Positions 16,725-27,400 of a stretch of 64,000 bases of DNA are shown piece by piece. The notes under the pieces are model-generated. The model was not told the DNA's origin, did not search any database, and saw only the letters and a program-made list of their open reading frames with translations. Each line of letters starts with the position of its first letter. Within the stretch, counting starts at the first letter, position 1. This stretch comes from a virus. Where the stretch lies: IMG/VR virus record IMGVR_UViG_3300034375_003182, positions 1 through 64,000 of that record. One strand, 5' to 3'. A program made the position numbers and the translations under genes.

Positions 16725-17468
16725 ATGAGTAAGATAGTACTTATAGATGCAGATAGCCTACTGTATTTTGAGATGGGTAAAGATACCCTAGAAGAGGCAA
16801 TTGATGGAATAAACCAAAGAATACAACAGATACTTATTGAAACAGAAGCTGAAAGCTATATAGGATATTTAACATTAGGTAAATGTTTTAGGTATGATGT
16901 CGCTAAGACCGTGCCTTACAAACACAACAGAAAAGGTGGTTTAAAGCCGCCTATATTTTATGCATTACGTGTCTATGTACAGCAGGCCCACGGGTTTAGA
17001 GCTGTAGATGGATATGAAGCAGATGATATGGTTGGTATAGCAAAAGATTATTTTATATCACAAGGTCGTGAAGCTGTTATATCTAGTCCCGATAAAGATG
17101 TGTTACAACAGATTAGGGGCAGACATTATAACTATCAGAAGGCTGAGTTTGTAGAGACTACTGCTGAAGACGCTAAGAAGTTTCTTTGGAAGCAGGTTCT
17201 AATGGGCGACAGTACTGATGGCATACCAGGCATACCAGGTCTTGGACCTAAGACTGCAGATGCTATCATTGATAACATGCCAAAGTCAAAGTTAGCTTAT
17301 CACGAGGTAGTATTGTCTCATTATATGGCTAAGTTTGATTTGCCTGAAGCTGTAGATAGATTTGCAGAAACATTTAAACTTGTATACATACTTAAAAGTC
17401 TAGAAGACTTACATGAGTCTGCATATCTTGATGCGTTTAACCTTCAAACTTTTAACACTGATGAATAA
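16725..17468 (+). CDS. 5'-3' exonuclease (T5/T7/PolI N-terminal family)
   Basis: IDADS, YKHNR, EADD, SPDKD, GDSTDGIPGIPGLGPKTA (H3TH). Confidence 0.93.
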   Translation: MSKIVLIDADSLLYFEMGKDTLEEAIDGINQRIQQILIETEAESYIGYLTLGKCFRYDVAKTVPYKHNRKGGLKPPIFYALRVYVQQAHGFRAVDGYEADDMVGIAKDYFISQGREAVISSPDKDVLQQIRGRHYNYQKAEFVETTAEDAKKFLWKQVLMGDSTDGIPGIPGLGPKTADAIIDNMPKSKLAYHEVVLSHYMAKFDLPEAVDRFAETFKLVYILKSLEDLHESAYLDAFNLQTFNTDE

Positions 17469-18198
17469 TACAGATAAAAAACAAGTTAAGTGGGCCCTAG
17501 AAAGCCCACTAGCCTTGTCCCTTGAGGGCGAGCTTAAGTTTAACAATAGTAAAGATGTTATTACTAGTGTTTCTTTTAATAATCCAGAACTTACTATTTC
17601 TTTAGGCGATACTCAGATGTTTCGCAAGATGCCATTTAAGGTAAACATTATTGAGAAGACATCTTCTACAAAGTGTGAGCTAAAGGTTGCACCTAGAACA
17701 AAGTCTTCTGTGTTTATTATGCCTATGCTTAGTGGTAGTAAAGAGTTATATTTTTATGATTCTTTATTCTTGAACTGTTTTATAGGCACTAAAGATCATC
17801 CTAACAGTGTTGTTTTATTGTATAGATTTTCTGGTAGCGCTCTGTTCCTTAAGTTTGAGCAGGCTCTTAAGAAGTTTACGACGTTTATAGATATGCAAGA
17901 TCCAAGTCCACATCATGTTATGTTTATCTTTGATATACCTAGTAAGTATAAAGATGATTATAACAGATTTATTCTTGGTAAGTATTCTCATTTTTCTCCT
18001 GAGTTGAAGGATGCTATATTTAAGTTTCACAAAACAGATATGCATTCATCGCTTGGCCAGATACTTTACAAAAGTGAGAAGCGTCGTTTAAGACTGAGTC
18101 AGAATCTTGGTATGGAGATACCTACAGACATGGAATTGTTTGATGTGCCAGATCCTGAAGATGAAATATATAACCCAAAAATTTATACAAATGAGTAA
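17461..18198 (+). CDS. hypothetical protein
   Basis: ATG 17461 overlapping the upstream stop is preferred over 17413. Confidence 0.75.
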   Translation: MNNTDKKQVKWALESPLALSLEGELKFNNSKDVITSVSFNNPELTISLGDTQMFRKMPFKVNIIEKTSSTKCELKVAPRTKSSVFIMPMLSGSKELYFYDSLFLNCFIGTKDHPNSVVLLYRFSGSALFLKFEQALKKFTTFIDMQDPSPHHVMFIFDIPSKYKDDYNRFILGKYSHFSPELKDAIFKFHKTDMHSSLGQILYKSEKRRLRLSQNLGMEIPTDMELFDVPDPEDEIYNPKIYTNE

Positions 18199-18910
18199 AG
18201 GAATAGAAAAGCAAGTAGGGGATTGGTATCCCTTGCTTGAACCAATACTAAGTTCAAGTTACTTTAATAGCTTGACTACAACAATAAAGAAAGGTAAAGC
18301 AGAAGGTAGGATTATATATCCTGATACAAAGCTTACCTTTCGTGCATTTAAACTCTGTCAACTAAAAGATCTTAAGGTAGTTATCCTTGGACAAGATCCT
18401 TATCATGATGGCAGTGCAACCGGGTTGGCTTTTGCTAACAACGGTGACGGTCCTAGAATTAGTCCTAGCTTGGCTTGGATTAAGAAAGCTCTAGAACATG
18501 ATTATGATACACTATGTCTTGACTTTGACTACGATCTTACTAGTTGGGCTGACCAAGGTGTGTTGTTATTGAATACTGCACTAACTGTAGAGAAGGGTAA
18601 AGCCGGATCTCACACGGTGTTGTGGAATACATTTACTAAAGAATTATTAAATTCGTTAACAAATACCAAAGATGATATTATATTTGTACTATGGGGCAAG
18701 AAAGCCCAAGACTATGCAAAGTTCATTAAAGGAAATAATAAGATTGTCACTGCTCCGCATCCCGCTGCTGATGCTTATACTGGTGGGTCTGCTGGGTTTC
18801 ATACTAGTGGTACCTTTCGTGCTATTAATGACTTTCTTAATATTCCTATTAAGTGGAATACACATTGTGGTGAGCCTTTGCCTCTTGAGCGTAGCGAAGT
18901 TCCTTTCTAA
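18191..18910 (+). CDS. ung: uracil-DNA glycosylase, family 1
   Basis: VVILGQDPYH, ATGLAF, QGVLLLNTALTV, LWG, HP; ATG 18191. Confidence 0.95.
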   Translation: MSKGIEKQVGDWYPLLEPILSSSYFNSLTTTIKKGKAEGRIIYPDTKLTFRAFKLCQLKDLKVVILGQDPYHDGSATGLAFANNGDGPRISPSLAWIKKALEHDYDTLCLDFDYDLTSWADQGVLLLNTALTVEKGKAGSHTVLWNTFTKELLNSLTNTKDDIIFVLWGKKAQDYAKFIKGNNKIVTAPHPAADAYTGGSAGFHTSGTFRAINDFLNIPIKWNTHCGEPLPLERSEVPF

Positions 18911-18920
18911 ATTTTAAATT

Positions 18921-19478
18921 ATGAAACAGTTAGCAAGAATTATTAAAGACTGTGGTCACCGTGGAAAGGTGGGCCACATTTATGAAGTGATAGAAAAGAA
19001 TCCAGGAGATGGATTTAGATTAGTAATACCAGGTCAAACTCAATTTACATTTTGGTATCCGGAAGATTGTATAGAAGAGGTTGAGCTTGGGGCGTGCACT
19101 GTGCCGTCCTTTGATGTAGGTAAGTGGACAGAAAGTATAAAAGCTTTAGAAGAAACTACTACTGGTCTAGATTTAGAGGATATAAAGAAAAAATCTACTT
19201 GGAAAGTCCCTGAGAATGCAGATTTTGCATGGCACTTGGACAAAGTTACTGAATCTATCACGGATTTATTGAAGGAAAAGAACGCTGCGTATGGAAACAC
19301 GGCGCTCAATCCTCTTGGTATCTTTAGCAAGCTTGGTGCAGCTGAAGCTATCAAGGCTAGGATAGATGACAAGTTAGCCCGCATATCTAACAAGGGTCTT
19401 AACGATGATACAGAAGATACAGCTAGAGATCTAGTTGGTTATCTTTTGTTATTGTTAATGGCTATCGATAGGGATTAA
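18921..19478 (+). CDS. DUF1599 / nucleotide-modification-associated domain protein with N-terminal SH3-like region
   Basis: KNAAYGN...RIDDKLARI...EDTARDLVGY. Confidence 0.75.
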   Translation: MKQLARIIKDCGHRGKVGHIYEVIEKNPGDGFRLVIPGQTQFTFWYPEDCIEEVELGACTVPSFDVGKWTESIKALEETTTGLDLEDIKKKSTWKVPENADFAWHLDKVTESITDLLKEKNAAYGNTALNPLGIFSKLGAAEAIKARIDDKLARISNKGLNDDTEDTARDLVGYLLLLLMAIDRD

Positions 19479-22400
19479 CCTTGTTTTGTTCGTACACTTC
19501 TAGTATACGTGACATCTGCTTATAACCAGGGAAGAATGGCAACGAGTAATATCCCCATGGGGTCTTATCTCTGTTGTCTTCTCTTTGGGTTATAGCATCT
19601 ACTACCTCATCCCATGTATTGTTTGTAGCTTTTAATGCATCTATTACTACACCTGTCATTGGTACAGGAGTTCTGATAAAGCTTACCATTTCATTTGGAT
19701 TACTTAAGAATCCAAGTTCCATTGCTGTTCTTGATAGCGATGCATACATTTTTCTTGTAGCCCAAGTTTTAGTATATAGTCTTTCATCGTCGTCTCCTTT
19801 CATACCAAGGGCCATCAGTGATAGTGCTAGTAATAATACCATTCGTAGTTCTGCAGCTGCTGCTCTGATCTGTCCCTGTCGCATTGAGAAGTACTCATTG
19901 AAAGACATCTTTTGTATGTTTGGATTATCAGGATTGTCTTGTATGTATTGTTTGAATAGTTTTTCTGCTACCTCTTTGTTAGCTTTCATTTTATATCCTA
20001 AACCAAAAGTAGTTGCTTCAGCTGATAGTTTTAGTGCTGTAGCCAGAGTTCCTTTTATTTTACCAAAGAAGTTCTCTTCTATTTGCCACGCTTCACCTGC
20101 TACTACACTGTAACGACCTTGTTCGTATACATCTGCTACAGGGTTGTATCTAAATGTACCTAGCCTTTCTCTAACTAGACGTGGCATCCAGTTTTTAAAC
20201 TGCATAACAACATTACCAGTTAGAGTTGTGTTAACTACATTAATATCTTCATCAGACATCTGCCCTTTTACAGATCCTCCAACGTATCTTGCTATGCCTC
20301 TGAATTTATTCATGCCTTCTTCAGACATTCCTTCTATTTTTAGACCATCTTCATTTATAGTTGTTAACTCAAAGATAGACTTGCTTCCTTCTGGTAGCAG
20401 TTCTAATCTTTTAGGCATGCCGTCTTCGTTTACGCCATAGTTCTGGGACATAGCTATCAAGATATTGTTATCAATCATCTCATCCGCCTTACGATATGGG
20501 TAGTAAAGTTTATCCATAGTAGCAGTCTTTACTAGTTTACTAGCAGATAAGTTGTTTGCTACACGCATAGTAAAGTCATCTTGCCAAGGTTGGAAGAAGT
20601 TTACTAGTCCTAAGTATTTATCTTTTTGTTTGTAGAATAGACGATGTGTTTCCGCCATCTGCTTGTTTGTATAGTGTAATCCTTTAGCTCCCTCCATATA
20701 TGCAGAAGCTTTGGCTGCTAAGTATGCAGCTGAACCCGGTATGAATGCAAGGCCTAATACTTTAGCAGAGAAGTATTGTTTAGCTCCTAGTATTACTTTG
20801 TTCTTACTATAACCTCCCCAGTCTGCATCTTTTGTTTGGATACGCTGTCCGTATAGATAGAAGTTTACATACAGTTGTTCAAATGTTTCTAGCGTATCTC
20901 TAGAATTCATTTTTTCTGCTAGTTTACCTGTCTTGTCTAAGAATGCGTTGCCGGTTGCATCACGTAGTGCAGCTGGATTATCAATTAAGAAACTTTGTAG
21001 TGCTAGTATGTGCGCTTCAATCTCTGACTTGTGTGCATAGTTGTGTACGGATTTACCCATCAAATATAATGCGCGTCCTAAATCTTTTGTTTTTAAACTA
21101 TTATCTACCTCACCATTAGCATTTCTAACTGGAGCCATGTACAGTGCAGGTATAGTTGCAATAGGTAAACCAGTAATCTCATCTAACATTCCGCCTTTGA
21201 AGTTATCATCTTCACGGATCTTCAATCCTTCTAGTAGTGTGTCAGAACTTAAGTCGTAGTTACCTGCAGCAATAGAATCAATTATATCTTGATGTATGTT
21301 TGCTATGAAGTTACCTTTAATACCTAGGCCTGACATCTCTGCAAACTTTCTATTTGTTTTTTGATAGAAGTCAAAGAATTCTTTTAATGGCTTTCTATCA
21401 TTTAAGTACTTGTATTTATCAGAATAGTACAGCGCTTCTTTTTCAGGCTTAATCTCTAAGTGATACCAAGCTTTTGGACTTGTCCATGCTGAATCTCTAC
21501 TGAGGTCATGTGTGTTTAACCAGGCCTGCTTCATTGCTTCACGCTTCTTTCCACGAACATTATTTGGATCAGGTACCTTCTCATACTTACCTGTCTTCTC
21601 ATTATACTCTTCGTAGTCTGCAAACATTTCATCTATTCTTGCAAACTCTCTTTCTTTCCACTTATCAAACTTCTCTTGGTAACCCTCTTTCTTTTGGAAT
21701 GTTTCTTTTGCCCATGCCACATCTTTGTTTTTTGCGGCATCACGAACTCTTTCATAGTACTCAGGCGTATATTTACCAACCAGGCTGCCAGTGTTCTCAT
21801 CTATCATTAGTCTGTAAGCATCCATCAGTGACATGCCATTGTCTTTGGCCCACTGTTCTACGCCGCCCTGATATTTTTTTATTTCTTTTTCTAATTCATT
21901 CTGTGCACGACGTGTTCTTTGCTGTGCCTTGTCTATGTATCCCCAAGCTGTTTGGAATACAGGATGGTCAAACTCTGACGCAGTGGCAAATGTCTTAGTT
22001 AAGAAGCTAAACTCTTTTACTAATCTAGTTGGATCTCCTACACCAAACTCTTGTCCCATACCAACAACTCTATCAGCCAGCTCAGCCTTTAAGTCTTCGT
22101 GTGTTCTTTGTATAACACCACTAGCTCTATCAAATCTTTGTACTAATTTATTATATGCAGCCTCATCAGACTGTTGTAAATCTTTGAAGAAGTCTCTTGA
22201 ATATTTAGACATACCTGTATATAAACCAAACTTATCTATCAGGTCTACCAGTTCGTCCATTTCTATGTAGTCCGCATTTTCTGCGCCGTCTGGCAAGAAC
22301 TTATCTTTTACTCCTATTCTTTTTTCTAAAGATCTAACCTGTCTTGCAACTTCAGTAAGAACAGTATCTAATCCTCCATTCAATTGTAGAGCGGTTAGAC

Positions 22401-24453
22401 TTTGTTGTATAGATTCTATCTCTGCAGATAGTTTATCATATTTTTGTGGATTGTTTCTTACCTTACTTCTTTTTTGTACCAGTGCGCCTTTTCTAGATGT
22501 AAGTCTTTTTATAAGTTTATCTATACCTTTATCACCAAACATCTCATTTGCTAATGGTATTTGTTGTAAGAACTCATTGCCTGATAAACCTGCTGCTTTA
22601 CCACCGGCTTCCATCTTGACTACTTTACCAGTTAGCTGGTATTTACCATTTATCTTTTTACTTTCATACTGTACATGTATAGGTATAACACGAGATTTTC
22701 TTACATGTTTTATACCGTACTGTCTTTGTAGTATATCTTTATATGCACCTATCTGCATATTGTACTGATCCATCTTGCCTACGTGTGGATTCTCTACAAT
22801 TCTAGCATTCTTTCCATAACTAACTACCTGTTCTGGTCTCGGTGTAATAAACTTGTAGTCTAGTATATCTACTGTACCATCAGAGTATACAAACATAAGG
22901 TCAACTGTACCTGCAGTTTCTTCTGCCACTAAACCTTTTCTACCTATAGGGTCATACACAATCTGCTCTGTCTTTACTACAAGCTCTCCCTCAGGATCTA
23001 TCTTTGCTTGCATTTCTTTTGCATTTGCATACTGCTCAGCTGCTAAAGAATACAGTACATTGAACTGACCTTCAGTTAAACCAGACTCTTTTTGTATTTG
23101 TTTTTTATCACCCTTCTTTTCAGATAAAAGAATCATTACACGCTCCATAGTACTATGATGTTGTGTACCACCGCTTCTTTTTACCTCGTTATTTTTGTTT
23201 GCATTTAATTCTATTGCACGCTCTTTACCCACGTTACGTATAAATGCTGCGCTGGGCCTATCACTTACCCTGTTAGCAATAATTTTATCTGCTTCTGTAT
23301 CATAGTAACGTGGAGTTGTTCCTGCGGGATCTAATACTATCTGCTTACCAAGTGCAGCTAGCTCTTCAACCTTTGCATTCTTTACATCTCTGCTTTCTAG
23401 TCTTCTACTAGTTTCGTCTAGTTGATCGAGTATCTTTTCAGTTCGCTGCTTGTCTGACATTGGATTTGTGTCTTCCGCCTGGAAGAACTGCTCTGTTCCT
23501 AAGTCAACGTTCTTTAATTCTTTTATACCGTTAAGCTGGTCATTCATTATAGCAAACGACGCCTGCGCAAACGGATCACTCTTAGGCATCTTAAATGTTT
23601 TTCTGATAAAGTTCATCACCTTATCAAACCATCTTCTAAATCTTGACACTTTCTGTGGTGTGTCAGCCCCGGTCTCTTGTGCTACTATTTGTTGTGCAAT
23701 TACTTTACCTATTGCCTCTTCCCTCATTAGTATAGGATCATTCTCATACTGCTTTTGATAGACAGGATTGTTCATTACATTCCCAAACGCCTCATACTGT
23801 TCTATCTCACGCATCATAGATTTGTACAGCGGGCTACCTTTTGCTCGTAAATATTTTACAAAGAAGTGAGCTGCTTCTTCTGGTAGAGTATCTAGTCCGG
23901 CCTTGCCTTCTATGACTTCAACAACTCTGTTTAACATGTCAGCTTTTGCTACAACATCTATTGGGCTACCATTTGCATCTAGTATCTCATCTACTGCTTT
24001 ATACTCTACACCTATTGTGTCTAAGAAGCTTCGCATTTTATTGTTTAGCTCTATACCGGGATCTCCCTTGGCAGCTACCTGATACTGTGGCGGTAAGAAG
24101 TCTCCGACATCATTGAACTCACCAACAGCTGTAGCAAATGGCTCTGCTATATATTTATCTCTGTTAAAGTTTTCTACTATATCATACGAGTACAAAGTAG
24201 ATTGGCCTAACTTTTTATAATTAATACGATGCCTAGTATTCATCAAAGCATTGTATTCTTTTAATTTTTTGTTTACATTTCTTACCTGCGCGTTAGACAA
24301 ACCTTTGTTAGGGTCTTTAGGTAATCTTAGATCTACCTGGACGTTAGGAGTCTTATTGTTGTTCTTTGTATACATGCTATACGCTCCATACAAACCAACG
24401 TTTGATACTAACTTAATCCAGTCTGGGTGTTTTCTATTGGGACATGTAGCCAT
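19462..24453 (-). CDS. large virion cargo (ejection) protein with PD-(D/E)XK nuclease-like domain
   Basis: 1663 aa, adjacent to the RNAP gene; AGTVDL...DILDYK motif; EEAAH zincin-like remnant. Confidence 0.75.
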   Translation of the reverse strand: MATCPNRKHPDWIKLVSNVGLYGAYSMYTKNNNKTPNVQVDLRLPKDPNKGLSNAQVRNVNKKLKEYNALMNTRHRINYKKLGQSTLYSYDIVENFNRDKYIAEPFATAVGEFNDVGDFLPPQYQVAAKGDPGIELNNKMRSFLDTIGVEYKAVDEILDANGSPIDVVAKADMLNRVVEVIEGKAGLDTLPEEAAHFFVKYLRAKGSPLYKSMMREIEQYEAFGNVMNNPVYQKQYENDPILMREEAIGKVIAQQIVAQETGADTPQKVSRFRRWFDKVMNFIRKTFKMPKSDPFAQASFAIMNDQLNGIKELKNVDLGTEQFFQAEDTNPMSDKQRTEKILDQLDETSRRLESRDVKNAKVEELAALGKQIVLDPAGTTPRYYDTEADKIIANRVSDRPSAAFIRNVGKERAIELNANKNNEVKRSGGTQHHSTMERVMILLSEKKGDKKQIQKESGLTEGQFNVLYSLAAEQYANAKEMQAKIDPEGELVVKTEQIVYDPIGRKGLVAEETAGTVDLMFVYSDGTVDILDYKFITPRPEQVVSYGKNARIVENPHVGKMDQYNMQIGAYKDILQRQYGIKHVRKSRVIPIHVQYESKKINGKYQLTGKVVKMEAGGKAAGLSGNEFLQQIPLANEMFGDKGIDKLIKRLTSRKGALVQKRSKVRNNPQKYDKLSAEIESIQQSLTALQLNGGLDTVLTEVARQVRSLEKRIGVKDKFLPDGAENADYIEMDELVDLIDKFGLYTGMSKYSRDFFKDLQQSDEAAYNKLVQRFDRASGVIQRTHEDLKAELADRVVGMGQEFGVGDPTRLVKEFSFLTKTFATASEFDHPVFQTAWGYIDKAQQRTRRAQNELEKEIKKYQGGVEQWAKDNGMSLMDAYRLMIDENTGSLVGKYTPEYYERVRDAAKNKDVAWAKETFQKKEGYQEKFDKWKEREFARIDEMFADYEEYNEKTGKYEKVPDPNNVRGKKREAMKQAWLNTHDLSRDSAWTSPKAWYHLEIKPEKEALYYSDKYKYLNDRKPLKEFFDFYQKTNRKFAEMSGLGIKGNFIANIHQDIIDSIAAGNYDLSSDTLLEGLKIREDDNFKGGMLDEITGLPIATIPALYMAPVRNANGEVDNSLKTKDLGRALYLMGKSVHNYAHKSEIEAHILALQSFLIDNPAALRDATGNAFLDKTGKLAEKMNSRDTLETFEQLYVNFYLYGQRIQTKDADWGGYSKNKVILGAKQYFSAKVLGLAFIPGSAAYLAAKASAYMEGAKGLHYTNKQMAETHRLFYKQKDKYLGLVNFFQPWQDDFTMRVANNLSASKLVKTATMDKLYYPYRKADEMIDNNILIAMSQNYGVNEDGMPKRLELLPEGSKSIFELTTINEDGLKIEGMSEEGMNKFRGIARYVGGSVKGQMSDEDINVVNTTLTGNVVMQFKNWMPRLVRERLGTFRYNPVADVYEQGRYSVVAGEAWQIEENFFGKIKGTLATALKLSAEATTFGLGYKMKANKEVAEKLFKQYIQDNPDNPNIQKMSFNEYFSMRQGQIRAAAAELRMVLLLALSLMALGMKGDDDERLYTKTWATRKMYASLSRTAMELGFLSNPNEMVSFIRTPVPMTGVVIDALKATNNTWDEVVDAITQREDNRDKTPWGYYSLPFFPGYKQMSRILEVYEQNKVNPYR

Positions 24454-27400
24454 TTAACATTCAAATATTGTGCGCAACGTATCTAAGTGTGCTGTTAACG
24501 CAGGGTTAGTGCTATCAGGTATAACTAGTTTTATGTTTGGATTAGCGTCGAGTAAACTTTTTATTATAACTACTCTAGAATCTATTTCTTGTTGAGTAGA
24601 TTTGTTACCAGGTTCTAATCCTAGTGGTGGTAGCAAGAAGGTCTTACCTGGGTTCTTCTTTGCTAGCGTATCTATTTTACCTATACTGTCTGCAAATATA
24701 GCAAAATCTACCGGTTCTCCATACTGTGCTTTTGTAGGCGCAGATATTACATTAGCTTTAGCTGTAAATTTTTTTGCTATTGGCAAACCTTTTGCTTTGG
24801 CAACTCTAGCTAAACCATTTGCAAATGTTCCTGACTGATCCACTGGCACAATTGGTATGCCGGCTATATTAAATATGTCGCCTGTAACAGTTTGCTTGCC
24901 TCTACGCATCTCTTTTACATTTGGATCTAGAGTTTTATCAGTATGGTCTTTGCCATCTAATGTGATATTATTAGAGTTAACCATTGATATTATTCCCTCT
25001 GGCCCATACTCTTGTAAATACATTCCATTACCTAGTGTAGTTATTTGCTCCCATACCATAGTCCATGCGTTACCTATTTCCTTTCTCTTGCCTTCAGATA
25101 GTTTTTTAACTACAGTTTTATAGTTTGCTTTAGAGTCTTCAGTAAGTTTAAATAGTTTTTTAATTGTAGTTTTTTTGCCTGCTTTTATTAATCTTGCTTT
25201 CTGCTCTCTTGACAATGATGTATCAGGAATTTCTACAGATATAAACTCTTGAGGAGGCCTATTAGGAGAGGCTATTTGTAATGCTCTAGCCCCAACTATT
25301 CTAACCTTATTGCTTAATCCAGGGGGTATTTGTGTTTTTCCTGTGTCTGCCTCAAATCCATACGTAGCCTCATCAACCTTTTGTTTCATATATTGAGGAA
25401 CTACGAATGGATTTTTAAAATTGTTTTTATAGAACTGTAATCTAAAGTTATCTAGATTAACATTGCTTTGTTCTTTTGTTCCTGCTAAATACTTTTTTAA
25501 TATAGGATCAACTATGTCTATGTATTGCTGAGCCGGTATCAAATCCATAAAAGATACAGGGGATGTTTGCTGTCCTGATTGTAGTATTATAAACTTAACA
25601 ATATCTTTTGCAAGCTCTGGATCTTTCTCCATTAGTACTTGCATGTCTTCTATTAATGCATTACGCTCAAAAGATGTAAGACGTTTGTTAAACTTCTTTA
25701 TATTTTCCGTGGCATACTCAGGGTGTGTAGGATCATATGTCTGCAGTATTGGGAATAACTCATTTAGTATTAATGACTTCTTAGTATCCTTCTTCAATTG
25801 CATTACTCTTCTAGCTAAACTAGGACTGTCTTTAGTACCTTGGAATAATCTAGAAGCATCCTTAAATAACTCTTGCTGATTTTCTGTTCTAACTGTTTGT
25901 AGTATATAGTTTACTAGTGAGTTTTCTACAAGGCCTGCAAATCTTGCCTTATCATCATTTCCTATATCTCTACGATTTATAATATCTACTATTAAAGAGT
26001 CTAAAATAAATTCAGCATCTGCTTTACGTGTAGTAGCAAACAGACTATCAAACATTCTAGATGAGCTTTCTAAAGATTGCTCAAATGATTTTTGAAAACT
26101 TTCATCTAGATACTTATCTAAGTTTACAAATTTGTTTTCAGCTTTTAATGTATTTAACTTCATTACCTGCATTTTAGCTTCCATTCTATTTTTAGGAGCT
26201 AAACCAGATCTGTCACCGGTAACTGCTTCAGATAGCTCTTGCATTGGAATAGTTAAGCCGTCACGGATATCAATATACTTTTTCATTGCCTGCATTTGGA
26301 ATGTATGATAATCAATTAGGTCTTGCGGCGTAAACTGATCTAACAGTTTTGCTTTCTGCTCAGGAGCCATGCCATTAGACATCTCTTCAAACTGTCTTGC
26401 CTTTTCACCTAGAGCTAACATTCTTTCCATTGCTGGAATAGTATACTCAACTGTTGCATCAAAATCTGTAGGTAGCCCTGATAGTGCAGCAATGTCTTTA
26501 GCTTTATTTTCATGTTCTTTTTGAAGAGTCTTACTTATTTCACCTAAACCAGTAGCCGGGTTCTCTGTCTTTGTGGCAACCATCTCGAATAGAACAGGCT
26601 GTGTCATAAACTTAGATACAAACTCTAAAGGAACACCTGCTCTAAGCATAGATATGTACGTACTAGCAGTAGTCAAGTTACCGTTTATATCAAATACAAA
26701 TGGATCTTTGGATACATCTACAAAGGCATTGATAAACTCCCCTATAATTTCTGACACATAGTTTAATCCTAACGCATCCCTAGTTCCTCCCATTGGAATA
26801 GCTAGGCTCCCATCTTCTAGCTCTATCATTTCATATGCAGGCATGCCTATAGAAAAGTCTGGGTCTACTCTTAACGCTAGTCCGGCACGTTGTGCTTTTA
26901 TCTGGTGTGTATTAGCTACAGCTGCAACACCTAAGGCCTTCTTACCTGCTAAGAATCTGTTACCCATTTCCTGTATAAACTCAAACTTAAGAAGATCGCT
27001 AAATCTAGGGGATTGATTAGACTTTCCTTGCAGGCCTCTAATAACATTAGCCATGTCTTTTAGTCTCTGAGCTCCAACCGGTCTAACTAGTTGTTCATAG
27101 TTAGCCTCATTTAAAACAATTTTTCTAGAGTTAGTTAAGATTTGATTCTGAATAGCTTGTGTAGCATTCTGTCTTTCTAATGGTATGTCTTGTTTGTCGA
27201 CTGCATTAGCTATTTGTGAATCAATCTTTTCAAACTCTTTAGATATTTTATCTTTAACACTTTGAATAGATACATCCATGCCAGTGTCCGCATCTTGTAT
27301 CTTAGCCATCCTGCGCATCTCTAGTAGTCCTATCTCAAAGTCAATGCTATCTCTTTGTGATCTAGGGGCTTTCTTTCTCTTCTTATACAGATTATCAATC

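Noticed and set aside
19462-19478. 17-nt convergent overlap of the two transcription units
   Set aside because: Real, but an ordinary junction for the crAss-like genome layout
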